Shown: in pieces, positions 36,756 through 54,838 of the stretch
Position numbering within the stretch: position 1 is the stretch's first letter
How the letters are laid out: every line of letters starts with the position of its first letter
Source of the DNA: the human T2T-CHM13v2.0 reference genome, Homo sapiens
Assembly: GCF_009914755.1 (NCBI RefSeq)
Contig: NC_060926.1
DNA: 64,000 bases
Strand: one strand, 5' to 3'
Notes under the pieces: model-generated
Seen by the model: the letters and a program-made list of their open reading frames with translations, nothing else
The model's database searches: none
What the model was told of the DNA's origin: nothing
Program-made: the position numbers and the translations under genes

Positions 36756-39604
36756 TGTGTCATGATTTTGTCTGGTTAATACAAATGGTTTTATTTATAT
36801 TGTCTTTCAACGTCTTAAAAAAGAAGTTCGATCTTTCTGCCTAAAATGGGACCAAAATCTCCCATTTTGTTATATAACCTTTATTTATCCTGGACTGTTG
36901 GAAAGTCAGCCCCACTAATTCTTTGATGCCTAACAAGTGTTTGATGGCCTACTACAGGAGCTGGAATCACAAATGACTATAGAGCCAGCAGGGAAGGGAT
37001 CAGTGGTGCCTAAGGCCACCTGGAGAACTTAGGCGTGATTTGCATAGGTATTTCAAGAAAGCTGGAATTTTTTGTGACTCTCCTGATTTGTACACTTTGG
37101 CTACTTGTTCAAATTCAAAATTAAAATGAAATAAAAAGACATTTGTGGGCCAAACAGAAAATGTCTAAAAGCTGGATTCAACCGGCTGGCAGTGATTTTA
37201 TGACCTCTGGCACGAGACCCATTTCTGAAGTTATAACCAGCTGCCTGATTTCTTAGCACTCAGACAACCAAACCTTCTCCATGTCCTTCCGTCCCTTCTT
37301 CCTTGGCGAGCCCTGCACCACTCCCGACCATGCGACGAGGGTGATGAAGAACATTGGTCCTCAGAATTAGGAAGGCTTGTGAATCTGTCCCTCCTTGGAA
37401 GCATTTCTCCTGCCAGAACATGAAAGCTGGAGACATTTTTGTTATTAATTCATTTCTCTGTCTGTCGCTTACATTTAGTGTGGCTGTGAGGAATGAATTT
37501 GATGGTGTTCAAATATGACCAATTTCATCCTTAAGCCCTTCTCAGTTGTCAGATGGTGCCAGCCAGTCCTAGGCTCTGTTTCCAGTTTGCTGTCAATCTG
37601 ACTTCAGCAGTCAGTGTGTTCGTCACTGTTTATTCCAATACCACTGCCCTGTCTGGCACACTGGCCAGCTTCAGAGGACTGACCTTAAAAGGTGGCCACC
37701 TCTTCTGCTCCAGCTCCACTTCCCCTGTCTCCCTCCCCCTCTCATCGTTGGGAGCATCTTTGGCATCTCCGCCACGGAGGGATCCTATCTGCCTCTATGC
37801 TGGCGTCTGCTTCTGATCTCTCATGAAAGGCTTCAGGCAACCTCCACTTCCAGAAAATGATCCTTTTCCCTGCAGTGACCCTAGGGCTTTGCCACACAGA
37901 TTTCCCACTGTTCTCGGATCCCTGGATATTGGCCCCTGGACTTGCAGTAAGGTGCAACAGACACCCCAGGACTAACCATCATCCCCAGTCCCCAGCACAC
38001 CAAGGACCATCTGGTGCCATGAGGTTGACGTGACATCTCTGCTGCCCTGGGGGCATTGGAAAACTGCATCAGCATGGTCTTATAGGAGCTTGTGCACTGA
38101 TCAATGAATTAATCACCAATCAATAAACGAATGAGCTGAGGCTCACCACTTAGTCATTTTAGCTTCTGTACAGTGAAGCGTCCCTCCCTTCTCCATGCAG
38201 GACCCGTTGTGGTTACGAATGCCTCCTATTAGTTCTTTGTTTATTTGGGGCATTGCAGATGCTGCCAGATGTTTACTTTTAACGTGAGGAGAATTACACC
38301 ACTCCTGTGGTTGTGGAGAAAGAAGGGGGAGCTCAGGGCTGCGAAGGTGGGAAGTCCCTCCACAGCCCAGTCACTGGGAGTTCCTTCCCGCTCCCCTCCA
38401 GATGTGGCCCAGCCCCTACCCCATTTTGTCAAGTCAGCAGATCCCGACTATTCCAAGCATGGAGGGCCTGACAGCCTCCAGAGCCCAGGCAGCAGCACAT
38501 ATGGCCCAGCATGTGGTGTGCACATATGTAACTCCGAGGTCACGCCGGGCTCCACCAGCCCTCCCCGCACTCAGACCAGGACTCTCACTGCAGAGTCCCC
38601 GTCTCACCTGGCCCTTTAAAACAGCTCCCTCCTTGACAAGATCAAAAGGCAGAATTACCTTTTGAATTATTGGAGCTGCTGGAAAATGACACTGTTGGCA
38701 GGTATGGCCATGGTACTACCCCAAGACTAACCTTGGAACCCCACAAAGCCTGACCTATTTGCAGCAACACCTCTCAGCCTGCAAAGTCCATTAGAATTGG
38801 TGGGATCTTGTGTGGCCAAGAGGAGCTGAGGCTGATGGCAGAGGCCAGTGCAAACGCAGGTTCTCCCCACCAGGGTCCAGATTCTTTCAAAGACATGCAG
38901 GCTATTACCTACAGTCCACATCTTTTGAATGACAGTTCCTGATCCACATCACCTTATGCCACCATTACCTCTGCTGCTGGACAAGGAGGGAGAGCCTGCT
39001 CATTTGTCCATCCATCAGCCTGTTTAGTCCATCCTCCTCTCCATCTGCCTTCCTTCTCCCTTCTGCCCTCCTGGGCTCTAATAACCTAGAGCCTACAGAT
39101 ACCTTCCTTTTCTTTTTCCTTCTTGGTGCCCAGGAAGCACAGCCAAAAGGCAGAAGCTCATAACCTGCCCATACTCCCAAACAGAAATGAACCCGGGAGG
39201 AGGGAGGGATGAGCAGCAGCTCCCTGTCCAGCTCAGCCCAGCCCAGCCAGGCTGGAGGAGCCTTGCAAATGAGAAAGGCCCAGGGCAGAGCCACGTACTC
39301 ATATTGTAGGACTGAGGACTTACAATATCAGTATGACTGAGTTGGCTGCAGCCCATATGCTGGCTTCCTAGAAAATAGACCTGTCTCCTTTCTGAATGAC
39401 AACTGAAAGCTGCTAAGAGAAGAGGAGATGCCCCTTGATATCTTTCTCAAGAACTTGTTTTTCCAAGAATAAATGGGATGCAAAAATCACCAAACATTGT
39501 TTCGCTACGAAACAGTGAACTGACCCAGTTGTAGTCATGCCTGTATCTAACCCCTCCAAACCACCATCCTACACCATCTCCATCCCTTTCACCAATCCAC
39601 AGTA

Positions 39605-39967
39605 CAGATGGTCCCCAAATGATGATGGTTCAACTTACAATTTTTCAACTTTATAACATGTGAAAGTTACACATATTCAGTAGAAACTGTACACTGAGCA
39701 CCCATACGACCGTTCTGTTTTTCACTTTCAGTACAATATTCAATAAATTACATGAAATATTAAACCCATATTATAAAATAGGCTTTGTGTTAAATGATTT
39801 TGCCGAACTGTAGGATAATTAAAGTGCTCTGAGCATGTTTAAGATAGGCTAGGCTAAGCTGGATGTCTGGCAGATTAGGTGTATTAAATGCATCTTCAAC
39901 TTACAATATTTTCAACTTACAATGGATTTATTGGGATGTAATCATGTCATGAGTCAAGGAGCACCTG
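39605..39967 (-). mobile_element. MER47A (TcMar-Tigger) DNA transposon
   Basis: Termini CAGATGGTCCCC...GGAGCACCTG with TA TSDs; internal ataggctaggctaagct matches recalled MER47A. Confidence 0.85.
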
Positions 39968-39985
39968 TATGTAATTATTCTGTTA

Positions 39986-41120
<1,135 letters not shown>

Positions 41121-41509
41121 CTAAGAAGGTAGATCCATCAATTAATAATTTAATCATATATACACACAAGTCCCATTTTCCTGTTTTGTTTAACAATGTT
41201 ACCACTGGGTGATTCTCTCTGAAAACTTTCCAGGAGCCTAAGGGAGAGGACACGATGGAAGAAGGGTCTGGGAAACACACAAGGAGAGCTGGGAAATGTG
41301 TGGCTCTAGTAGGCCGCTCCTGAAGATGAGCAGAAATTCAGTTATTCCAGCCTTCTCCAAATCCAGAAGAAAGTATCCAAAGCTTAGCTGAGACTCTGGC
41401 CTTAACCTTAACCCTACCCCTGTGAGTCAGTGGATCTCAGACCAGGGAGAAGTCATTGGACGCAATAGAGGATGTTGCTGGGCCTTCCCCAGAGGTCACG
41501 GAGGAGGCG

Positions 41510-41765
41510 CTTTGGTCTAGTGGTTATGAGCTTCAGCCCTGAAGTAAAGCACCTGGTTCTGAATCCTGGCTCCATGAATTATGCCCATGGGACATTACAC
41601 AGGTTCATTTCTATTGTTTAGCCTTAGTTTCTTCATGTGGGAAAGGGGATATTAATAGTACTTACCTGATAGGGTAGTTATGCAGTATAGAGTAATTCTG
41701 GTAAATCATTGAGCCTATCACATCCTAAGTTCTCAGTAAACATTAGCTATGATTATCATTACTGT
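41510..41765 (+). mobile_element. MIR, near full length
   Basis: ggtctagtggttatgagc...cctggttctgaatcctggctcc...ttctcagtaaacattagctatgattat. Confidence 0.75.
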
Positions 41766-43589
41766 GTTTTATTATTGGGCTCCAGACCCTGCCCTTCCCT
41801 AGAGGTCCAGAGAGAGGATGCCCGCCTCTCTGGGAGTGAGTGTGCCATGGGCCCATCCAGGCTACCCCAGCTCTGTATTCAACCAGATGTGGCTCTGTAA
41901 GTACAGCAGATGAGGCAGGCTGGGAGCGCCAGGAACTGGACAGGACCACCCATGGGGCTGCGGTAGGTGCTGGCAGGACGGCCTCAGCTGCAGCTGCTGG
42001 GCAGCTGTCCAGAGTGACAGGCAGAATGCAGTGTACAAGGGTGTGGAAACAGACAACAGGTGGCAGCTCAGCACCAGTTGGCGGCTGCAGAGGGGAGTGG
42101 CAGATTATCTAGCATTTGGTAACAGGGCGTTGCTACCAGCAGGTGGACCACAGCCATGGGCAGTTCCAGAGGGGTCTTCTGAAATGTAAGCAGGCAGGCA
42201 GCAAGAAGAAAGTCTGTCAGCAGATCCCGGAACCCAAAAAAGGCTAGATGGGGAGCGGGAAGGAGGGGAGAGGACCAGAAAGAGCAATGCAGGGCCTCAA
42301 GCCTGAAAGGACTAGACAGGTTGGCAGGAACCGGCCACAGACGCAGGACACAAGGAAGCCTGGCATGACCAGAGCCCAGGCACGCAGCAGCAGGAGCAGG
42401 AGGACTGCATGGGATTGGAGTACGGCAGGTCCTAATGTGGTGCAGCCCCTCCCCCACCCCTGAGCCCAGGCCAGGCCAATCGCCAGGGCAACCAGGGCAG
42501 GCCTGAGCCTGTGCTATCCCCAGGATGAGGGTGCAGAAAGGGAAGTTGGAGGTCATCGTGGGGGTAACTCCTCCCTCCTTCTCCCTGCCTCTCTTTCTCT
42601 CACACACACACATCTAGAGTTCTGTCCAGCTACTATATCAATTCTCCTGATTCTTGCCCTTTTGCATGCTTTCTCTTCCCTAGCTCCTACTTACTGATGA
42701 AGAAATAGAATCAACTCTCAAAATGAAAAGCCCACTCTATCAGAACCTAAACAGCCCTCCAACAGTCATCTGGTAAGTGACAGGTCCCTAGGCTTCTGCT
42801 CTGTGCCCCAATGGAAGGAGCAGTCTGCAGGAGGGGACGTGGCTAGAGAGGGCTAGACTCCCTCAATTGAGGAAGGAAGGTGAGGGTCCCCATAGCCCCT
42901 AACTTGGGTTCATCTCCCACATGTCTCCTTAGGCTTGGCTAACAACCCCCTCCATAGACTCCATTCTGGGCCTCTGTCATGCCAATGACCCCAGAAGACT
43001 TTGTCTTGGAGACTGGGTGACCTTGGGAGCCAGGCTCAAGCTTATCTATTCTAAACTCACATCTTCACAGAGGAAATGAACCTATATTCATCTCCATAAG
43101 ATGCTAAGCCTCGCTTGTACATGTACATTAGCTCCTAAGCTTCACACACATTTTTATGGTTTCCCAAGTCACACATGCGTGCTCTTAATCACTGGCCTCC
43201 AAAACTTAAGGGTGTGAGCAATGAGAATAGACACCATATTGGGGTGCCCCATAAGGGCAGACTGTAGTCACTAGATCACCCCTTACCCCAACCTCTTGGC
43301 ATGTCAACCACATTGTCCACCCTGCTCTGGCTGTTCTTCTACCTCCCTAGCAAAATGGTCTGAAGTGACTTGGGCTTGCTGGGAGCAGGCCAGGCTGCCT
43401 TCTCAGTTTGCTGTTGGCTTTAGAATACGGTTACTCATGTGCATAGCATATGGATCCAGCTGGAGCTGAATTCCATGGAATCTATTTGGAGTTAGGGATG
43501 GAGTAACCAGAGTCACAGAACTTCCCTGACCTCCAGGCCTTCCTGGATACGCAAAAAGCAGAATGACCAACAATTTAGATTAGTTTAGA

Positions 43590-44060
43590 TCTTCCCAGCA
43601 GGAAATGTAATAGAGAGAAGAGGTTACATAGGTGAATTAACAAAAAAGAAAAGCCACATATGGGATGATGAACCAATCCAGAGGTGAGAAGCAGCAGGGA
43701 GACACTTCTGCCCTCAGGCTGGAGGGGGTGAGGAAAGAGAGGAAGTGGGGTTACCAGAGCCCAAAGCCAAGGCTGCCCAGTGGGAACTGGCAACCAAAGA
43801 GAGAGGCAACATGTGTTGTGAGCTGGAACCATGAAGAAACCCAGATTCTGCCAAAGACACCACAGGAAGCAGAGAGCAGCAAAGAGAAATGAACATCCTA
43901 ACTTTCCCCCTCCTACTGCCTTAAAGTCTCCTGCCAGGACCCCACATTGGTTTAACTCACCCTGGAAGCCATGGGCAAGGAGCCTGGGAAATGTAGTTCC
44001 TGCAGAGGAATCCTGGAGGGGCAAGGAACCAATCTGAGAGCAAACAGGCAATTGCCAGCA
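43590..44060 (-). mobile_element. Old ERVL LTR (LTR33-like)
   Basis: Minus strand starts TGTGCTGGCAATTGCCTGTTTGCTCTCAGATT and contains CATTTCCCAGGCTCCTTGCCC. Confidence 0.6.
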
Positions 44061-45145
44061 CAGCCAAGAATGACTATCTATGGGGCCTTGTATGAACCAC
44101 TTGCAAGTGTCTCTGTTTTTGAGAAATACTAGAGCCAGCTCCCCAGGGAGCAGCATCCTCCTTCACCCTCTCAGTCTCACAAAATTGGAAATGGGTCAGC
44201 TGTCTCTGGTGGAAAAGTATGTCCTGTTAATGTGCACAATCAGAAGATTATTTTGCAGGCTCAACACAGTAGGATGAGACCTTTGAAGGAAACCAGGCAT
44301 TGTCTGTAAACAAGTGGTGCGTCCCTCAGGGACTGTCTTCACCCCCTGGTTAGGGGCTGGGCTGAGCCCAGGCACTAGGGGGCTCTTTGAGTCATTTCCT
44401 ACAATGGAAGAAGGCATGCCCTGTGCCTTGGGGAATGGTGAGGTATCTGGCTGCGGACCATGTGGGAGGCATTGTTCAGGACACCAGAGCACTCAGCATG
44501 TTCCTTGGAGAAGACCAGAGAGCTTCCTCCTCCCACCCCTCCATGTGCTCCCCCACACCAAGGCCACATGTGGCCCAGCTTCCTTCAGGTCTCTTCCAGT
44601 GTCTCACCTGAGACTTTTGGCCTGAGCGTGCATGGAGCTCCTGCAAGCTCCACTTACATTCTTACACTCTTCCCAGGCACCCCACACTCCCTTTTCCCCC
44701 TAGCCACCCCAGGAGCCAGTCCTGATATTGGAAGCCCCTCCCTTCAAGGCCCCCAGCTGAAGAATCCTGGGAACAAGGGTAAGGGAAGAGGTAGGGTGGG
44801 GAGAGGAAAAAGACATTTCTAAGATTCCTGGAAGCTTTTCTGGCCCCAGAGAAGGAAGGCTTTGAGCCCAGCACGGGTTCAGAATCTGAATATGACTCCA
44901 AGAGAGCATGCAAAATGGAGGATTCTTCCCACCCTGTCTTCGCCCTCCTTGGGCAATCACAGCCTAACCCCTGCCCAGATACTGGCATTTACTAGTTTCA
45001 GTGTTTCAAGTAAGTCTTGTTTCTTCAGCTGCTCTGTAAGTTCTCCATAGGCAGGAGTCAGATCTGTATAGTGCAGAGTTCTGCAGATGCCCTCCCCTCA
45101 TCACGCTGCACAAATCCAAGCAGTACCTTCACGGTAAGTCCTGTG

Positions 45146-45321
45146 CAGGGCTTGCTACACAATTGGTGGGGTCCAGTGTAAAATGAAAATACAGGCTCCT
45201 TATTAAACATTGTTAAAAACTTCAAGATGGTGGCCATACAGCATTAAGCCAAGTGCAAGACCCTTCCAAGCCCAGGGCCATGTGCAACTGCACAGGTTGC
45301 AAAACAATGGAGCCAGCCCTG
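45146..45321 (-). mobile_element. MER45A (hAT-Tip100)
   Basis: CAGGGC...GCCCTG termini; 8-bp TSD GTCCTGTG/GTCCTAGG. Confidence 0.8.
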
Positions 45322-45335
45322 GTCCTAGGTGGTGT

Positions 45336-46343
<1,008 letters not shown>

Positions 46344-49134
46344 GTGCTTCAAGGAGTGGCATTCACTTAGGATACGATGTGAATGTCCTGAGTTGGGTGA
46401 CACCACAATAATGGCTGAGCACACACTAGCAGCTCAAGAAAAGCTGCTCGCTGGCCTGACATGCTGGCACCAGACACGTGGGCCCCTACCCCACAACATG
46501 CCCTGTCTCTGACAGATGCTGTTTGTGATGAAATATCTGCCATCTGGTTTCAACCTGCATCTTCCTGGCTAATAAGGATGCGGATACTGCTGTCTCCAGA
46601 GATTCATGACCACTTCCTCCCACCCCATTCCTACCTTTCCTATCTCAGGAAATGGGCCTCTTTACCCATAGCAACATAATAGAATTCCAAAACCAATCTC
46701 ACAGCCAGTTTGAATATCTGTCTTTACTGTCATAATAATGCAGACACTGCACCTGTCCTCTAATTCTGTTCTCTACTCTTGGGTTTGTTCATTTGTTTCT
46801 CTGGGATCTTTAAACATCTGATTAAATTCTGTGCTACAGATGAAAAGTTCTGAGGATGGAAGATTATCAGGCTTTGTAACTTTCATCAGCCCTCCTTTCT
46901 GCTTGGCAACTTGTTGCAACCCCTATTCTCTCTCTCTCCTCAGTCTTTGCCTCCCAGAAATCCTCCTGTGCCCCAGGAATCCCTCTCCCAGTTGCTGGTC
47001 ACAACATCCTTTCCCACCTAAAGCCCAGCCCTGAAACCCATGACATGGGCAGCCCCTAGAGGAGGAACCCAAGTCAGTGCACAGCCTGAGGCTGCTGAAA
47101 GCTGGAGTTTGGTCAGGAAGAGGACTCCCCATCTCCCCAGCTGGGAAAAGAGGGGTCCAAAACCCCAGGCTAATATGCACCCTCTTCCTACGATGTTCCT
47201 GACCACCTGGCCCCGTTCCTTATAACACAAGCTCCACCACCTAATTTGCCTCTGTAGGAAGTGGGTGACCGTGCGGGCAAAACTAAGTGACCAGAGATCC
47301 AAGGCATTGAGGCTGGGCTGTACAACCACAGGGGGTCCTGAGCCTGCATCTCCCACCAACTGCCCCCACTGTCCTGTGGGAAAACAAAAGGATACAGTGG
47401 GACTTGGGCCACGGGCCACGATTCATCTGCATAGCTTGATCCTTACTTTTGTTTGTGAATATAAATGCCACTTTAGACACCCTGGTTGCAAGATAGGTGC
47501 CTAAGCTATTCTCATTTACCATATTACTTGCAAGCAGCATATTCAGCTACCAGATGGGTGGTGGTCTCCAGGCCAATAACTCCAATGTAGCAGGAAGCAT
47601 TTTTGAGATAATGACCAATTTTTTTCTACCCCAAACTTCCTTCTATCCTCCCAGCCCTCCACCCTACCCCACTCCATCGCAAACTTATATTCAAGCAGCT
47701 AGATTGTTCTACACTGTCTGCCTCAAGGGAGGGATGTGATGGAGAAAAAAAGGAAAATACAAGCTTTGATGTCTGGACAAGATTAAATGTTTAGGAGAAA
47801 CATCTTGAGTGTGGGCAGGGCTTCTCTCCACTCTTCCTATACACCCCCACCAAAACCAAACAGTCAGGAGTCCTAGGAAATGGTGAGTGGAGGAGAGACA
47901 GGAAGAAGGTGCAGGGCAGAGAGAGGCTACAGCCCCAATATGAAGGGCTCATGCAGGTGGGATAAAGAAGGGGCAGCAAAAGGCACTGCTGCCACCCAGA
48001 ACTCTGGGCACCGGCCTTCGCCAGTACCCAGGGACTCCATGGTTGCCTTTCTTGGAGGGCCCACTAGTAGCTCTTCCTCCCTCAGCAGCTCTCTCCCCAA
48101 CCAAGTTACCCCCATCCAGCCCCACAACATCCCAGGACACCTGGATCCTCAGGAAAAAGAAACTGGACCCTCAATCCCCAGCTCAAACCCTCACTCACCA
48201 CTCACAGGCTGGAAGATGGTTGAACACACACCAGTTGGGACACAGACCGAGTGCTCGCTAGGTGACAGGCACCCACTTAGGGCTTTTCATGCCTTATCAT
48301 ATTTACTGATAGACTAGGCATGCAAGCACCTCCTGTGCACCCTTAAAACCGGGCCTTGGACTTACCCTCTCCACCAAGCCTTTCCTGATAAAACTACTCA
48401 ACATCTTAGAGGTAGTTACTCTTTCCTCGGTGTTTTGTCTGTGAACTTTTCTTCTTTCTATTGTTCTCCATGTTGCACTGCACCGTAATTATTACTGATG
48501 GTCTCTGTTATGAGACTGGAGCATTTTGGGAGCAGGGCACAAGTCTAACTCCTTTTTGCATGCATGACTCTCATTGACACATACTAGGTACTCAATTAAT
48601 GTTTGTATCATTAAATAAAATTTTCCACCCGATTCCCTTTCTAAAGTGAAAAAATAGAATTCCTCATTAAAGCAGCCACAAAGCAATGGAAATAATCCTA
48701 AAGAACAAACAATTAAAGAAAACACAATGTGGTAAACCATCCTCAGATTTCCCATGTTCTTAATGTCGCTTCGTGTTTGCTAGAGCAGCTGCACCGAGTC
48801 CCGCCATCTTGATTCTTCTTGCCTTCACCACTCTCCTCCAGCCCCAATCTTACCACTGCGCCCCTCATTCTGAACTCTGGCCAGGATCTTGCCTCTTACC
48901 TTATTGAGAAGAAGAATGTTTGATATCAACGCCCTCAAATTCCCATCCCTCTGTCTCGAAATCTTTCTCAAATGACTGGCAAGAGCTGTGGGGGAAGGGG
49001 GAGCCTCACACACTGCCTGGGTGAGATTGATAAAATCTTACTGGGGTGCAGTTTGGGGACATGTAGCAAAATGTTAAATGTGTATAACCTTTGACCTAGC
49101 CATTCAACGTCTAAAAACATATTCTAAAGAATCA

Positions 49135-49532
49135 GACTGGGTGCAGCAGCTCCCAACTGTAATACCAACACTGTGGGAGGCCAGAAGTTTGTGATCCGTC
49201 TGGGCAACATAGCAAGACCATGTCTCTACAAAAAACAAAAAACTTTAAATTAACTGGGTATGGTGGTGTGCACCTGTAGTCCTGGCTACTTGGAAGGGTA
49301 AGGTGGTAGCGTTACTTGAGCCCTGGGAGTTAGAGGCTGCAGTGAGCTGTGATTGCACCACTACAGTCCAGCCTGGGTGACAGAGCAAGATTCCATCTCT
49401 AAAAAAGTGAAAGAGAGAGAGAAAGGAAGGGAGGAAGGAAGCAGGGGGAGGAAGGGAAGAAGAGAGAAAGAAAGAGAGAAAGGGAAAGGAGGGAGAGAGA
49501 AAAAGAAAAGGAAGGAAGGAAGAAGGAAAAGA
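49135..49532 (+). mobile_element. AluJ with GA-rich tail, within an L1ME relic
   Basis: Diverged Alu followed by a purine tract at 49400-49532. Confidence 0.8.
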
Positions 49533-50559
49533 ACTAGACAAGTGCACCACAAAATGAGAAATCCACAAGGATGGTCTTTGCACTGCTGTTTATAAAACAC
49601 ACTCTTCTAGTCTTGTTTTTGTCCCGTCTTTGTTTTCTGGGTTGCAGCCACTCTGGCCTTCTTTCCATTGCTTTTTCTTCTCCCTCCTTCTCTCCTATCC
49701 CAAAAGTCTCCACATTCCATCCTAAAGTGTCCTCCCCCGTGTCTCTCATCCCACTCCATCTTCTTCAACCTATTTCAGACCCTCCAGAAGTCACCTAGAG
49801 AATATCAAGAGAGAACCTTGAAAAGAGAACGTGCTTATGAGCAGCACACACAGTAGGTCTTGGGAAGGAACATGGCAGGGTGAGGAAGAGCCGTCCCTGC
49901 CGGGCATGCTGGCTCCCTGGCTCCCACCCTTGCTGCGCTGCTCTACCCAGGCATGGGCAAAAAATCCTTTTCTCCTGAGTTTACCTGAAACAGATTAGCA
50001 TTTTTCAAAAAGAACTTGAGTTTTAGGTTTTTATTTTTAATGAGGAGGGAGATAAATTCTAATAAATGAAACAATTTTTAAAAATAGAAACAAATGAAGT
50101 TGTGTGTTGCCTATCTTAACATAATGAGCACCTGGCAAGATATCTCTTCCCTGGTAAAGTTCACTGAGCCCCCAGGCCCTGGCTCCCTGCCCTTCAGCTC
50201 TGTGAGCAACCCCCCAACACAGCTCACTGCTCTTTCCCACCGTGACAAGTGGATCAACAAGCTGGCCCTTTGGATGAATAATGGCAATCATGTTATTTCT
50301 TTGTGGTGGTTGTTCCAACTAGTACTATGTTTTATCTTACTATCTTACTATACATTTTTATTTTTGAAAAGGTAATTCTTGAATATGTTTTAAAAAAATT
50401 CAACAATAACAAAGCATATACAGTCAAAAAACTAGTAGTTCCCTCTGGCTCCTAACCTAAGCATCTGACTCTGTTCTCCAGAGGCAGACACTGTCCCCTT
50501 GCCAGCATATATGGAGAGGCTGAGGTGGGGTACACTCCACACCCTGTTCCCCTCCTTGC

Positions 50560-52240
<1,681 letters not shown>

Positions 52241-54562
52241 TCACTTCTTGAGGTATGAATGAAGAGAAACCAGAACTACTTCCTGTTTTCACTCCCTGCC
52301 TTTCCTTCCCTGGCTTTCTCCCCATCCTGTGGATGAGTCAAGGTTACCTCCCAATCCCACCTCAGTGGTTTTTCCACACTGGATCTCTCCCCACCTCCAT
52401 CTCAGGCCCCTCAAGAGTAGCACCAATGAGGCCACTTCCCTGCTCAAGAATGTTCAATAACTCCCCATCACCTACTGGACTAAGAACAAGCTTCTCATTA
52501 GAGGCATCTTCCTAGATGACACCAACTTACTTTGCAGGCTGGTGATTCCCCTAAATGTCCCCTGTCTTCCAGTCCAACTCTACTTTTCAATGTTCACTTC
52601 ATCTTTCCCACCTCCCTGACCTTCATCACACTATTTCATCTACCTGCAAAGGCTCCTGCCCATGTCTGCCCATTAAAATTCTCATCGTTGAAGACTCATC
52701 CCAAATAGCCCTTTTCCATGAAGCATCCACTGGTCCCCACCAATCAGATATGAGCTCTTCTTTCCTTGCATCTTCAAAAAAACCTTGTTTGTTCTTTTCC
52801 CAAGACATGCATCTCAATCTGCCTTAAATAATAGGCTATGGTGTGTCCCCCCTGCTTACAAGAACTCCATGAAAAATGTGAGCTGTGTTTCAGTTACCTC
52901 TGCATCTGTCACAGCACCATATCCTTTTGGTGAAGTATAGTAGACACAGGCCATCAGATCAAATGGGAGAGGGGAATATGAGGGAGTTACTGTTCTTTTA
53001 CTAAACCATCACATCCAGACAGCTGGGCTGGAGGCTGCAGGAGATGCCTACTGAGCCAGTTTCTTCTGCTATGTCAGACAGTGGATATTGGTTACCCTTC
53101 TTTCAGTTGCAAGTGAAAGAATACCCAATCCTTAAATAAAAGAAGATTTGGGCGGATTCTGGGGCTCCAATGTTGTCACCTGGAGCTGGTCTCTCTCCAG
53201 CCTTTGGCTTCACTTCCTGTGTATTGGTATTGGTTTTGTTGTCAGACATGCTCTCCCATGCAGGCAGATGGCAGCAACAGCTCTAGCAGTCATTCATCCT
53301 TCCACATCATCCCCAATTCCAGTCCAGCGAGAAAGAGCATTTCCCTCTCTCCCAGCAGCTCCAGCAAAGGTTTTTCCGCCTTTTGCAAGCTTTTATTGGG
53401 TTAGATATCCAACCTTTACTAAGATCACAGGAATGTACTGTTCTGATTGGTCAGGCCTGAGCCCAGATCCAAGAGTTGAGTAGACTCTGTAAGCACATGG
53501 GTGCAGTGTGCAACCCGGAATAATTCTACAAAAGGAAATTGATGTAATGTTAGCAAAAGAAGGAAGAACAGATGCTTGTTAACCAAAAACACCAAATATC
53601 TACCGCACAAAATGGAGAACATTGCTGCTCTCCTGAAAGACGGAGATGGGCCTGAAGCACCAACTCTGAGCTATTTTGCTCCTTCCTGCTGCTCTCCTCT
53701 GCCCTGGAGGCAATGCTTCTAGCTTCCAAACACAACATGGTCCCCCAAGGTTTGTGGCTCAGCCACAGGACCAGTGTGAACAGATCCTAACCAAACCCCA
53801 GACCAGGCGATGGCTGGTGTGGTCCAGCTGACTCCAAGTTGTTAGAACCATGAGTCCCAGCCTGAGTCCCAAGAGTTGCAGGATTGTTTATCTTTGTTGG
53901 GGAAAAACTGTAGCCAGAGCCATAAATCACTGCCCAGCTGGATGGCCTCGCTGAAATGTTTGTTTAAACAATGAAATCTCCTGACGGACTGAAAATATAG
54001 GATGGATCACCCTGTCCTTCTCAGGCCCAGTCTTGCAGGCTGGAGCCCAGGGCATAGAGAGTGACTCAGAATTGGCTCCCCTCCCCCACTCTCCACCCCT
54101 CCCACCCCCAATATCAGCCCCAAAGAATGAAGCCACGGCATAGCTAATCCGAAACAGCAGATAATGCGAAAGCCATGTCTATCAATCTTTGAAATGCAGT
54201 CTCTGGAATGGTTCGCATTGGACGTGCCTTCCTGATGGAAGTAGCATTGCTTGGCTAATATGAACAAGAGGATGTGGAAGGGGCAGCCTCTGAAAGAACA
54301 CTGCATGGAGCACCGTGGGGAGATCTGGCTCTGCCCTGACCACTGTTGGGTGTGGGCAAGTGACTTCCACTCTCTGGGCCTTGGTTTCCTCCCTTGTTAG
54401 ATGAAGGAGTTAGACTTGGTCTTTGTGCTTCCTTTCAGCCCTTGCCTGCTAAGTGAGGTGGCTGTGCTTTTATATGCCCCAAAGAAAGACCAGATAAACA
54501 GGAGCAGGCAGGGGAAGAAGATGGGGAAGAAGAATAAGGAGGAGGGTTGTTGAATTAGATGA

Positions 54563-54838
54563 ATTCCCACTTAGGGAGGCCAAGGCAGGCAGATCGCTTG
54601 AGGTTAGGAGTTTGAGACTAGCCTGGCCAACATGGTGAAACCTCGTCTCTACTAAAAATACAAAAATGAGCCAGGCATGGTGGCAGGCACCTGTAATCCC
54701 AGCTACTCGATAGGCTGAGGCTCGAGAATTCTCTTGAACCCAGGAAACAGAGGTTGCAGTGAGCTGAGATTGCATCACTGCACTGCAGCCTGTGTGACAG
54801 AGTGAGACTCTGTCTAAAAAAACAAACAAACAAAAAAA
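54563..54838 (+). mobile_element. AluS, 5' truncated
   Basis: TSD GAATTAGATGA at 54552-54562 and 54839-54849. Confidence 0.9.

Noticed and set aside
42068-44156. 181-aa and 193-aa minus-strand ORFs
   Set aside because: No recognisable domain; the 193-aa ORF lies over an LTR33-like relic and both are consistent with chance.
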